Positions 9,991 to 19,035 of a DNA stretch of 64,000 bases are shown here, in pieces. The notes below the pieces were generated by a model. That model was not told where the DNA came from. It saw only the letters and a list, made by a program, of their open reading frames with translations, and ran no database searches. This DNA is from Cyanobacteriota bacterium (GTDB lineage Bacteria > Cyanobacteriota > Cyanobacteriia > PCC-6307 > Cyanobiaceae), in NCBI GenBank assembly GCA_046052125.1, contig JBJOMY010000002.1, positions 448,001 through 512,000 of the forward strand, in the 5' to 3' direction. The position numbers and the translations under genes are program-made. The first letter of the stretch is position 1, and each line of letters opens with the position of its first letter.

Positions 9991-11211
9991 TCAGGCGGCG
10001 ACGGCTGCTGCGGTGTCGCGGTTGGCTGTGGCCCCGCAGAGGCCCTGCAGCACCTCGATCACCTGTTGCTGCTGCACGCTGCTGAGCTCCGGGAAGATCG
10101 GAAGGCTGAGCACTTCGGCGCAGAGCCGCTCGGTGATGGGCAGGGATCCCGGCTCGTAGCCGAGGTGGGCGTAGGCGGGCTGGCGGTGGATGGGGATTGG
10201 GTAGTAGATGATCGTGGTCACACCGGCTTCCTGGAGCTGCTGCTTCAGCCAGTCGCGGCAGCAGGCTTCCGGTAGGCCGAAGCTGGCGCTGTCGGACGAC
10301 GGGGTGCAGCTCTGGTTGCAGGCGGGGGTGGGGCTGCAGGCAGGCACGCGCACCACGAATTGATTCCAGCTGTGGCCTTCGGGGCCGGCCTCGGGCAGAT
10401 GGATTGCGCCGGCGGTGTTGAGTTGGCTGCGGTAGCGGGCGGCGATGTTGCGGCGCAGCTCGATCCAGCGCTCGAGGTGCGGCAGCTTCACGTTGAGCAC
10501 AGCCGCCTGGATGGCATCGAGGCGGCTGTTGTAGCCGAGTTCGGTGTGCAGGTAGCGGCGGGGCATGCCGTGCACGGCCAGCTCGCGCATCCGCTGGGCC
10601 AGGGCCTCATCTCGGCAGGTGAGCGCACCGCCATCGCCGGCGCCACCGAGGTTCTTGGTGGGGAAGAAGCTGAAGCAGCCCACATCGCCCCAGCTGCCCA
10701 CGGGCTTGCCGGCCCAGCTGGCGCCGCTGGCCTGGGCGCAGTCTTCCACCACCTTGAGGTTGTGGCGATCGGCGATGGCGCAGACCCGCTCCATATCCAC
10801 CGGCCGGCCAAACAGGTGCACGGGGAGCAGCACCTTGGTGGCGGGTGTGATCGCCGCCTCCAGCTGATCGAGGTTGATCAGATAGCTGCTCTCCTCCACA
10901 TCCACGAACACCGGCGTCGCGCCCACGGCACTGATCGCTTCGGCCGTGGCGAAAAAGCTGAACGAGCAGGTGATCACCTCATCGCCCGGGCCGATCCCCA
11001 GGCCCCGCAGCGCCAGGATCAGGGCGTCGGTGCCGCTGTTGCAGCCCACGGCAAACGGCGTGCCCACCGCCTTGGCAAAGGCCTGCTCGAAGGCAGCGAT
11101 CACGCCGCCACCGATGTATTGGCCGCTGCGTAACACCTGCAGAACGGCGGCATCAAGCTGCTCGCCTAAAGCATCGAGCTGCTCGGTGAGGCTGAAAGGG
11201 GGCACCTGCAT
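9991..11211 (-). CDS. DegT/DnrJ/EryC1/StrS PLP-dependent aminotransferase
   Basis: CNSGTDAL, PVHLFG, EDCAQA, SFFPTKNLGGAGDGG, GYNSRLDAIQAA. Confidence 0.93.
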   Translation of the reverse strand: MQVPPFSLTEQLDALGEQLDAAVLQVLRSGQYIGGGVIAAFEQAFAKAVGTPFAVGCNSGTDALILALRGLGIGPGDEVITCSFSFFATAEAISAVGATPVFVDVEESSYLINLDQLEAAITPATKVLLPVHLFGRPVDMERVCAIADRHNLKVVEDCAQASGASWAGKPVGSWGDVGCFSFFPTKNLGGAGDGGALTCRDEALAQRMRELAVHGMPRRYLHTELGYNSRLDAIQAAVLNVKLPHLERWIELRRNIAARYRSQLNTAGAIHLPEAGPEGHSWNQFVVRVPACSPTPACNQSCTPSSDSASFGLPEACCRDWLKQQLQEAGVTTIIYYPIPIHRQPAYAHLGYEPGSLPITERLCAEVLSLPIFPELSSVQQQQVIEVLQGLCGATANRDTAAAVAA

Positions 11212-11239
11212 AAAGGCAACCTTAAGGCCCCTGTTCGGA

Positions 11240-11839
11240 TCACCGCCCCGCCGTGCCCTCGGGGTGCCATTTGATGTTGCAGCCGATCGAAGGCTGCTGG
11301 GGCTCAGGGATCGGTTGGCCGTTAAGCAGGGCTGCGATCGCCGCTCGTAGGTCACGACCATCCAGCGGCTGATCGTTGCCCGGGCGGCTGGCATCGAGCT
11401 GGCCGCGGTACACCAGTTGATGGGCGCTGTTGAACAGATAAAGGTCGGGGGTGCAGGCGGCGTGGAACGCCCGCGCCACCGCCTGGCTGGCATCGAAGAG
11501 ATAAGGGAACCTCCAGCCGTTGCGTTCGGCCTGCTCCCGCAAACCCTCGGGGCCGTCCTGGGGGTGGGTGAGGGTGCTGTTGCTGGCGATGGCCAGGATC
11601 TGGATGCGGCCGCTGGTGTCCCGCTCCAATCGGCTCAGCTCCGGCTCGATGTGTTTCACAAAGGGGCAGTGGGCGCAGATGAACAGCACCAACACGGGCG
11701 CCGGCTCCAGCGCTGCACTGCTCCAGTTCTCGCCGCGATCACCCTGGCCAACGGCTCCCTGCGCTCCCCACACCTGCTCGAGCTGGAAGCTGGGCAGGGG
11801 CGTTCCCAGCGGCAGCATCGTGGAGGGGGTGAGCACCAT
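11240..11839 (-). CDS. Thioredoxin-fold (AhpC/TSA-like) protein
   Basis: FICAHCPFV, AACTPDLYLF, YRGQLD, PSIGCNIKW. Confidence 0.9.
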   Translation of the reverse strand: MVLTPSTMLPLGTPLPSFQLEQVWGAQGAVGQGDRGENWSSAALEPAPVLVLFICAHCPFVKHIEPELSRLERDTSGRIQILAIASNSTLTHPQDGPEGLREQAERNGWRFPYLFDASQAVARAFHAACTPDLYLFNSAHQLVYRGQLDASRPGNDQPLDGRDLRAAIAALLNGQPIPEPQQPSIGCNIKWHPEGTAGR

Positions 11840-11893
11840 GGCAGTCGCTGCGGCGCAGTTCGGGCAGGATGCCGCGATTGTGTCTCAGCTGCC

Positions 11894-12439
11894 TTGATCC
11901 CTCCTGCGCTGCGTCGCTTCCGCTGTTCGGGTGCTCTGCTGTTGCTGCTCGCCGCGGCCGTGGCGGGCTGTGTGCCGGCGCATCGCAGTGCCAGCTGGGC
12001 GATTTTCCCGCTGCAGCGCAATCAGCCCCATGACGGCCTGGCGGTGGTGAGCCAACCCGATGGCTATGGCCTGCACATCTGGCTCGAAACCGATACCGCC
12101 CAGCAAGGGGTGTGCCGGCCCCGCTGGCTCGTGGATCCGGCCCGGTTGTTCAACGGCAATGGCAGCGCACCCTTCAGTTCGGGGCTGGCCACCCGGGCTG
12201 AATTCTTCGAGGCCGTGGCCCGCAAGGACGTGCAACGCGCCCTCAAACGGGAGCTGGAAGCGCTCTGCAAGCAGCGGGCGCCGGGGGCGCAGTGGCAGTG
12301 GATCGATCCACCGCGCAAGCCCGCCGATGTGAAGGTGCAGACCTTCCCCCTGGTGGAAGAGCAGGATTTGCTGCCCGCGCCTTCGGAGGTGCGCCAAGAG
12401 GAGGAGGAGCTGATGAACGGGGCTACACCGGCCTCCTGA
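11894..12439 (+). CDS. Hypothetical lipoprotein
   Basis: Signal peptide with lipobox LLLLLAAAVAGC; fills gap between genes; TTG start inferred. Confidence 0.65.
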   Translation: MIPPALRRFRCSGALLLLLAAAVAGCVPAHRSASWAIFPLQRNQPHDGLAVVSQPDGYGLHIWLETDTAQQGVCRPRWLVDPARLFNGNGSAPFSSGLATRAEFFEAVARKDVQRALKRELEALCKQRAPGAQWQWIDPPRKPADVKVQTFPLVEEQDLLPAPSEVRQEEEELMNGATPAS

Positions 12440-12451
12440 GCCGCGGCTGCC

Positions 12452-12922
12452 CTACGCCTCTTGGCCCCAGCCGGCCCAGACTTCCCGTTCGGCGCGGCGC
12501 CAGTAACGGCTGAAGCGCCCCAGATCCGCTGGACCCTCCATCTGCACGAACGGCTCCACCTCAAGCACCTGCACCGGAAGCTGCTGCTCCAGGGTTTGGC
12601 AGATGGCTTCCACGCGGGGGTCTGTGCCAGAGGTGGTCACGATCCCGTCGGCGCCATGGGCCCTGGCGAAGGCCAGCACCTCCTCGGCCACATCACCCTT
12701 GCGCAGGCTCACGGGCAGCTCCAGCAGACACTCGTAGAGGAAGCCGATGCGCTTGAGGCTCACGGGCTCGGTGGCGCCTGCGGGGTCGCCGGTGGTGGGG
12801 CTGCGGCCGGCCAGCAGAGCGCTGTCGAACACAAACACGGCAGGCCGGCCCGGGTAGGCCAGGAGGGCGGGGTTGGCGGGGCCGAGGGCCTCGCCGTGAA
12901 TCCACAGGATGGGGCGTTGCAT
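12452..12922 (-). CDS. Stand-alone photolyase N-terminal (antenna-like) domain protein
   Basis: ILWIHGEAL...AVFVFD...SLKRIGFLYECLLEL resembles photolyase alpha/beta domain; downstream of FAD-domain gene. Confidence 0.75.
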   Translation of the reverse strand: MQRPILWIHGEALGPANPALLAYPGRPAVFVFDSALLAGRSPTTGDPAGATEPVSLKRIGFLYECLLELPVSLRKGDVAEEVLAFARAHGADGIVTTSGTDPRVEAICQTLEQQLPVQVLEVEPFVQMEGPADLGRFSRYWRRAEREVWAGWGQEA

Positions 12923-12931
12923 CGGCTCAGT

Positions 12932-13852
12932 TCAGCGGCGGCGGGCGGGACGGCTCAGGGCGGCGGAGGGCCCTCCCTGGCGGGTGCTGTTGCGCTCTCG
13001 GCCGCGCTCTCGGCTGCGGTTGTCGACCGCGCGAATCGCCGGCATCGGCGCGAATAACTCTGCTTCCAGCTGCTCATAGCTGGCCTCAAACGGACAGCCC
13101 TGCTCGCGCAACGCGCAGCTGCGGCAGAAGCTGCCGTTGCTGTAGCGCTCGAGGTTGCCGCGATTGAAGAAGTAGGGCTTGTGGCTGAAGTTGCTGGCCA
13201 CCCACTGCCAGCTCAGGTTGTTGCTGGCCGGATCGCCATCGAGCAGGTGGCGCAGGAACCACTGGGCCCCGGCTTGCCAGCGGATCCGCCGCCAGTGCAC
13301 CAGGTAGGCCGCCAGCCACATGCGGGCGTGGTTGTGCAGCCAGCCCGTTTCGTGGAGTTCGGCGATGAAGCCATCCATGCAGGCCAGGCCCGTGCGGCCC
13401 TCGGCGATGTCGGCGGGGAGGGAGGGGGTATAGGCCGCGGCGCTGTGGCCGGTTTTGAGCTCCTCCTGATCGCGCCAGATGCCATCGCCGAGCTGCTGCC
13501 AGAGGCGCTGCCAGTAGTCGCGCCAGCCCAACTCATTGATCAGCTTCTCGCTGCCCTGCCGGCTGCGGGTGCGGGCGAACACGGCATCGCGCACTTCGGC
13601 CAGCGTGAGCACGCCGTGGCGGATGTAGGGGGAGAGGCGAGTGACCGGCCCATCGAGGAAGTTGCGCCCCTTGGCGTAGCGCTCCGGCTGGATTCGGTTC
13701 AGCAGCGCCTGGGCCTGGCGGCGGCCGCCGCGGATCGGGCTGAGCGCGCCAGGGGCCTCCGGGAACAGCTGCTGCAGTTCGGCCTCCAGGGCCTGGCGGC
13801 TGTCGAAGCGGCGGGGCAGCTCGCCCGGCTGCTCGGGCCAGGCCAGCGGCAC
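12932..13852 (-). CDS. Stand-alone photolyase FAD-binding domain protein
   Basis: YAKGRNFLDGPVTRLSPYIRHG, ELGWRDYW, TGWLHNHARMWLAAY, LLDGDPASNNLSWQWV; start uncertain. Confidence 0.85.
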   Translation of the reverse strand: MPLAWPEQPGELPRRFDSRQALEAELQQLFPEAPGALSPIRGGRRQAQALLNRIQPERYAKGRNFLDGPVTRLSPYIRHGVLTLAEVRDAVFARTRSRQGSEKLINELGWRDYWQRLWQQLGDGIWRDQEELKTGHSAAAYTPSLPADIAEGRTGLACMDGFIAELHETGWLHNHARMWLAAYLVHWRRIRWQAGAQWFLRHLLDGDPASNNLSWQWVASNFSHKPYFFNRGNLERYSNGSFCRSCALREQGCPFEASYEQLEAELFAPMPAIRAVDNRSRERGRERNSTRQGGPSAALSRPARRR

Positions 13853-13976
13853 GCCGGCGAGGGAATCGGGGGCCAAGGCTTGCGGCGGTGGAGGCGTTGA
13901 TCCTGCCGGCTGGCGGCCCCTGGCCGCGGCTGGGGGAGAATCCCCCGATCGCAACCGCACCGGCGTCGTTTTCCCC

Positions 13977-14759
13977 ATGCTTCTCGATCTGCGCGGCAAG
14001 AAGGCCCTTGTGACGGGCATCGCCAATAACAAGTCGATCGCCTGGGGCATCGCCCAGCAGCTGCATGCCGCCGGCGCCGAGCTGGGGGTCACCTACCTCC
14101 CCGATGAGAAGGGCCGCTTCGAGGGCAAGGTGCGCGATCTCACCGCTCCCCTGGCTCCCACCCTCTTTGAGCCCCTCAACGTGCAGGACCCGGCTCAGAT
14201 CGAGGCCGTGTTCACCCGGGTGAAGGAGCAGTGGGGCTCCATCGATGTGCTCGTGCATTGCCTGGCCTATGCCGGCAAAGACGAACTGGTGGGCGACTAC
14301 TCCAATATTTCCCCCGAAGGCTTCGCCCGGGCACTGGAGGTGAGCGCCTACTCCCTGGCGCCGCTCTGCCGCTACGCCAAGCCGCTGTTTAACGAGGGCG
14401 CCAGTGTGATCACCCTCAGCTACCTGGGCGCTGAGCGCGCCATCCCCAACTACAACGTGATGGGCGTGGCCAAGGCGGCTCTCGAGGCTTCAGTGCGGTA
14501 CCTCGCCGCTGAGCTGGGCGCCGAGAAGCAGGTGCGCGTGAACGCGATCAGCGCGGGCCCGATCCGCACCCTCGCCAGCTCCGCCATCGGCGGGATCCTC
14601 GACATGATCCACAACGTGGAGGAAAAGGCTCCGCTGCACCGCACCGTGACTCAAGACGAGGTGGGCGGCACAGCGGCATTCCTGGCCAGTCCTCTCTCCA
14701 GTGGCATCACCGGCCAGGTGATTTACGTGGATGCGGGCTACTGCATCACGGGGATGTGA
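13977..14759 (+). CDS. fabI: Enoyl-ACP reductase
   Basis: GIANNKSIAWGIA, YNVMGVAKAALEASVRYLA, NAISAGPIRTLA. Confidence 0.97.
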   Translation: MLLDLRGKKALVTGIANNKSIAWGIAQQLHAAGAELGVTYLPDEKGRFEGKVRDLTAPLAPTLFEPLNVQDPAQIEAVFTRVKEQWGSIDVLVHCLAYAGKDELVGDYSNISPEGFARALEVSAYSLAPLCRYAKPLFNEGASVITLSYLGAERAIPNYNVMGVAKAALEASVRYLAAELGAEKQVRVNAISAGPIRTLASSAIGGILDMIHNVEEKAPLHRTVTQDEVGGTAAFLASPLSSGITGQVIYVDAGYCITGM

Positions 14760-14767
14760 GCCAGGGT

Positions 14768-14932
14768 TCAGCCCCGCTGGTGGCGGGACAGGCTGGCGGC
14801 TGAGAAGAGAAAGCCTTCCTCGCGTGCAATCGCCACCACGGCACTCACATCAGCGGCGGAATCGATCCGCTGCTGGATGGCGGGGTTGGCATCGGCCTTG
14901 GCCAGAAAAGCCATAAGTTGCGCTTTTGACAT
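14768..14932 (-). CDS. Nif11-like leader peptide family small protein (54 aa)
   Basis: MSKAQLMAFLAKADANPAIQQRI...VVAIAREEGFLFS matches Nif11 pattern. Confidence 0.8.
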   Translation of the reverse strand: MSKAQLMAFLAKADANPAIQQRIDSAADVSAVVAIAREEGFLFSAASLSRHQRG

Positions 14933-15033
14933 TGGGCTGGCCAATAAGTTCAGTTGAACCCTAGGTCGCCTCGGCGTGTGGCGCCCGGGCATGATCGGAA
15001 TCTCCGATCCAGGGCCGCCAGCCGGTGACTGAC

Positions 15034-15636
15034 ATGCGTAGCGGCGAGATCCACCGCGTCACCGGTGAAACCGATGTGCGCGTGCAGCTCAACCTCGATG
15101 GCACCGGTCGCTGCCAGGCGAACACCGGCGTGCCGTTTCTGGATCACATGCTCCATCAGATCAGCAGCCATGGGCTGATCGATCTGGAGGTGAATGCGGT
15201 GGGTGACACCCACATCGACGATCACCACACCAATGAAGATGTGGGCATCGCCATCGGTCAGGCCCTAGCGCAGGCCCTGGGCGACCGCCGCGGCATCCAT
15301 CGCTTCGGGCACTTTGTGGCGCCGCTCGATGAGGCGCTGGTGCAGGTGGCTCTGGATTGCAGCGGCCGCCCGCACCTGAGCTTCGGCCTGCAGATCCCTG
15401 CTCAGAAGATCGGCACCTACGACACCGAACTGGTGAAGGAGTTCTTCGTGGCCGTGGTGAACAACTCCGGCCTCACCCTGCATATCCGCCAGCTGGATGG
15501 GGTGAATTCGCACCACATCGTGGAGGCCTGCTTCAAGGCCTTCGCCCGGGCGCTGCGCCTCGCCACTGAGATCGACCCGCGCCGGGCCGGTGCGGTGCCG
15601 AGCAGCAAGGGCGTGCTGGAGCGGGCGGGTGCCTGA
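15034..15636 (+). CDS. hisB: Imidazoleglycerol-phosphate dehydratase
   Basis: [42 protein letters not shown]. Confidence 0.97.
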   Translation: MRSGEIHRVTGETDVRVQLNLDGTGRCQANTGVPFLDHMLHQISSHGLIDLEVNAVGDTHIDDHHTNEDVGIAIGQALAQALGDRRGIHRFGHFVAPLDEALVQVALDCSGRPHLSFGLQIPAQKIGTYDTELVKEFFVAVVNNSGLTLHIRQLDGVNSHHIVEACFKAFARALRLATEIDPRRAGAVPSSKGVLERAGA

Positions 15637-15720
15637 ACAGGGATGAGCGGCTGCGTCTGCTGTCTGGTTCGCCCGGTGGTCTTTTCGGTCTGTTCCCTGG
15701 CTGACTTGGTTTCTGGTTCT

Positions 15721-15771
15721 GCTCCAGATGTGCGACCACATCTCACATGAGAGTGGTCGCACATCTGGAGC
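15721..15771. repeat. Perfect 19-bp inverted repeat (hairpin element copy 2)
   Basis: GCTCCAGATGTGCGACCAC-atctcacatgaga-GTGGTCGCACATCTGGAGC. Confidence 0.9.
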
Positions 15772-15851
15772 CGTCTGACCAGCGGGGTCCGACCTAACCG
15801 CCTTAACACTCCGTTACGCGATGATCGGGGTTCGCGCCTGCCGCTGCCCCC

Positions 15852-17300
15852 ATGACCGTTGCTCCAGCTGCTGCCCCGGCCTACGACCGCGCTGATTGGG
15901 CGAGCGCGTTTCGCAACGTGGGCGTGGAGCTGGATGGGGTGGAGCTCAAGGCCGCCCGTGGTGCCATCCCGGCCGAGCTGGTGGGGACGCTCTATCGCAA
16001 TGGTCCCGGCCGATTAGAGCGCGGCGGCCAGTGGGTGCATCACCCCTTTGATGGCGACGGCATGATCACCGCCCTGCGCTTTGCCGGCGGCAAGGCGGAG
16101 CTGCGCAATCGCTTTGTGCGCACCGAGGGCTGGCAGGCCGAGGAGGTGGCCGACAAGTTCCTCTACCGCGGCGTTTTTGGCACCCAGAAGCCCGGCGGGG
16201 CCGTGGCCAACGCCTTCGACCTGCGCCTCAAGAACATCGCCAACACCCACGTGGTGCGCCTCGGCGATCAGCTGCTGGCGCTCTGGGAGGCGGCGGAGCC
16301 CCATGCTCTGGATCCCGACACCCTGGAGACCCGAGGCCTGAGCCTGCTCGATGGCGTGCTCAAAAAGGGTGAGGCCTTTAGCGCTCACCCCCGCTTCGAT
16401 CCCGGCCATCACGGTGCCACGCGGATGGTGACCTTCGGGGTGAAGGCCGGCCCCCGCAGCACGATCCGGCTGATGGAGTTCTCCACTGGCGGCGAGCTCC
16501 TGGCCGACAGCCGCCACAGCTTCAAGGGTTTCGCCTTCCTGCACGACTTCGCCATCACCCCCAACTGGGCGGTGTTTCTGCAGAACGCAGTGGCCTTCAA
16601 TCCCACCGGCTTTGTGCTCGGCCAGAAGGGCGCGGCTCAGTGTCTGGCCTCGAAGCCCGGTGAACAGGGGCAGTTCTGGCTGATTCCCCGCAGCGGTGAA
16701 GGCAAGCCCCTGCAGATCCCTGCGCCGGAAGGCTTTGTGTTCCACCACCTCAATGCCTTTGAGGAGGGCAACGAGCTGGTGGTGGATTCGATCTATTACG
16801 ACGACTTCCCCTCCATCGGCCCGGACGTGGATTTCCGCCAGGTGGATTTCGAAACGATCCCGGCGGGCCAGCTGGTGCGTTGCCGCATCAACCTGGACAC
16901 TGCAGCGGTGCAGAAGGAGCTGCTCGAGCCCCGCACCTGCGAGTTCGCGATGGTGAATCCCGAGCGCCAGGGGCTGCAGGCCCGCACCAGCTGGATGGCT
17001 GTGGCCGAGCGCGAGCAGGGCAACGATCCGCTGCAGGCCATCAAGAAGCTCGATCTCGCCACAGGTGAGGGCCAGGTGTGGAGCGCCGCTCCGCGGGGCT
17101 TTGTCAGCGAGCCGCTGATGGTGCCCCGTCCCGGTGCCACGGCGGAAGACGACGGCTGGGTGCTCTGCCTGGTGTGGAACGGTGCGCGCTGCGCCAGTGA
17201 TCTGGTGATCCTTGATGCGGCCTCGCTGGCGGAGGTGGCTGTGCTCGAGTTGCCCCTGGCGGTGCCCCACGGCCTGCACGGCAGCTTCGCTCCGGCCTGA
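15852..17300 (+). CDS. Carotenoid cleavage oxygenase (RPE65 family)
   Basis: YRNGPG, HPFDGDGMI, SAHPRFD, LHDFAIT, FVFHHLNAF, SEP...EDDGWVL, PHGLHGSF (four Fe-ligand His). Confidence 0.93.
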   Translation: MTVAPAAAPAYDRADWASAFRNVGVELDGVELKAARGAIPAELVGTLYRNGPGRLERGGQWVHHPFDGDGMITALRFAGGKAELRNRFVRTEGWQAEEVADKFLYRGVFGTQKPGGAVANAFDLRLKNIANTHVVRLGDQLLALWEAAEPHALDPDTLETRGLSLLDGVLKKGEAFSAHPRFDPGHHGATRMVTFGVKAGPRSTIRLMEFSTGGELLADSRHSFKGFAFLHDFAITPNWAVFLQNAVAFNPTGFVLGQKGAAQCLASKPGEQGQFWLIPRSGEGKPLQIPAPEGFVFHHLNAFEEGNELVVDSIYYDDFPSIGPDVDFRQVDFETIPAGQLVRCRINLDTAAVQKELLEPRTCEFAMVNPERQGLQARTSWMAVAEREQGNDPLQAIKKLDLATGEGQVWSAAPRGFVSEPLMVPRPGATAEDDGWVLCLVWNGARCASDLVILDAASLAEVAVLELPLAVPHGLHGSFAPA

Positions 17301-17332
17301 GCAGCATGGGGGCATGCCCCCGCTCGCTTGCG

Positions 17333-17629
17333 GTGCCCTGGTTTGTGAAGCAGGAGACCTTCCTGCGCCCCTATGCCGCGATGAGGCCTCACCTGGAGGC
17401 CCATCTGCTCTGGGTGGAGCAGCTGCGCCAGGACGGTGTGGTGATCAGTAGCGGCTACCTGGTGGATGGCGAGGGGCAACCGGGCGGCGGAGGCCTGCTG
17501 CTGGTGGAAGCTCCCAGCTACGCCGAGGCAGAAGCCCTGGTGCAGTGCGATCCGATGGTGATCAGCGGCGGCGTGGACTGGCGGCTGCAGCAGTGGCGAC
17601 CTGCCGTTGGTGATCTGGGGGTGCGTTGA
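17333..17629 (+). CDS. YciI-family protein
   Basis: HLEAHLLWV...SGYL...GGGGLLLVEA...DPM. Confidence 0.8.
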   Translation: MPWFVKQETFLRPYAAMRPHLEAHLLWVEQLRQDGVVISSGYLVDGEGQPGGGGLLLVEAPSYAEAEALVQCDPMVISGGVDWRLQQWRPAVGDLGVR

Positions 17630-17740
17630 GGCGCAGCAGCTCGGGGCCGCTCAGTTGCATCTGGTCGCAGGCTGCGCTCCATCGGGTTGCATCTCGGCGT
17701 GATGGCGCCGTTAGACCCAGATCAGTGCATTCACCCTTCG

Positions 17741-18448
17741 ATGGCCTTCTCCCGTTCTGCGGTTGTGGCTCTGAGCCTGGTGCCGCTGGGCATGAGTCCA
17801 GCTCTGGCGCTGATGGCTCCAGCTCCCCTGCAGGCTCAGCCCCTGGCCTGCAGCGGCACCCTGCTTCAATTGCAAGTGCAGCAGCAGGGCGCGGCGGCCT
17901 TCGATCGCTTCCGCTTTGAGCTGGGCCTGGAGGCTGAGGCCGCAAGTAAAACCGAGGCCATCGAGCAGCTGAACCGGCGCCTGGCCGCCGTGCGCAAGGT
18001 GGTGGCGCCGCTGGCGAGCGGTGCCCTCACGATTCCGGCTCCCTCCACGTACCGCAGTGGCGGCGGTAGCAGCGGGCCGGTGCGCGAGCGGGCCAGCACC
18101 TCGATGTCGGGCCAGGTGAGCAAGGCCAATTACGACGCCCTGATCCAGGCAGCGGGCCGTCTGCCGGGGGTGAACCTGCAGGGCTTCACGGCGCAGGCGG
18201 CCGACGCCAGTGAAACCAAGCTCCAGAGCCGGCTGTTGCGGGAGGCGTTGGCGGAGGGCAAGCGCCAGGCCGACGCCACGGCAGCGGCCCTGGGGCTGCG
18301 GCGTGTGCAGCTGCTGCGCATTGATCAGCGCAGCGGCGGGATTCGCCCCGTGCCCTACGGGATGGCAGCGGCCCGCAGCTTCAATCCCGATGAGGCTCCG
18401 GCACCACAGCGTTCGGTGAGCCTGGCGTTGGATTACTGCCTCTCCTGA
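17741..18448 (+). CDS. SIMPL (DUF541) domain secreted protein
   Basis: Signal peptide; LREALAEGKRQADATAAALG pattern. Confidence 0.7.
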   Translation: MAFSRSAVVALSLVPLGMSPALALMAPAPLQAQPLACSGTLLQLQVQQQGAAAFDRFRFELGLEAEAASKTEAIEQLNRRLAAVRKVVAPLASGALTIPAPSTYRSGGGSSGPVRERASTSMSGQVSKANYDALIQAAGRLPGVNLQGFTAQAADASETKLQSRLLREALAEGKRQADATAAALGLRRVQLLRIDQRSGGIRPVPYGMAAARSFNPDEAPAPQRSVSLALDYCLS

Positions 18449-19035
18449 GCCAGCAGTGCCTGCAACTGAGGCTTCAGAGCCGCAAAGGCCCGGCCGCGAT
18501 GTCCTAGTTCAGCTTTCTGGCTGTGGGGCATCTCCGCGAAGGTGAGGTTGGCCTCCGGCACGAAGAACACCGGGTCGTAACCGAAGCCGCCTTCGCCACG
18601 GGGGGCCTCAAGGATCAAGCCAGGGCAGAGGCCTTCCACCTCCAGCACGACTTCACCCTGAGGATTCGCCAGCGCCAGCGCAGCGGTGAAACAGGCGCTG
18701 CGTGTTGCATGGTCGTGAGCGTCTGCAGCGCTCAGTTCGCGCAACAGCCGCTCAATCCGGGCGCTGTCGCTGTCGGCATAGCGGGCTGAATGCACGCCGG
18801 GGGCGCCTCCGAGGGCGTCGACGCTCAGTCCCGAGTCGTCGGCCAGGGCCCAGCAGCCGGTGGCGCGGGCCACGGCTTCGGCTTTCAGGCGGGCGTTGTC
18901 GGCAAACGTGCTGCCGGTTTCTTCCACGTCCAGCCCTTCTGGTTGTGCCTGGGTCTCAAGCCCCAAGTCCGCCAGCAAAGCCCCGAACTCGCGCACCTTG
19001 CCGGCGTTGCCGCTGGCGATCACCAGGGTGGTCAT
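18433..19035 (-). CDS. rdgB: Non-canonical purine NTP pyrophosphatase (HAM1)
   Basis: ASGNAGKVREF, ADDSGL, PGVHSARY, GFGYDPVF, GHRGRA. Confidence 0.94.
   Translation of the reverse strand: MTTLVIASGNAGKVREFGALLADLGLETQAQPEGLDVEETGSTFADNARLKAEAVARATGCWALADDSGLSVDALGGAPGVHSARYADSDSARIERLLRELSAADAHDHATRSACFTAALALANPQGEVVLEVEGLCPGLILEAPRGEGGFGYDPVFFVPEANLTFAEMPHSQKAELGHRGRAFAALKPQLQALLAQERQ

Noticed and set aside
16014..17315. Long antisense ORFs (this one, also 46968-48836, 55382-56851, 26798-28048, 20152-21618)
   Set aside because: Shadow ORFs of high-GC genes with no recognisable motifs
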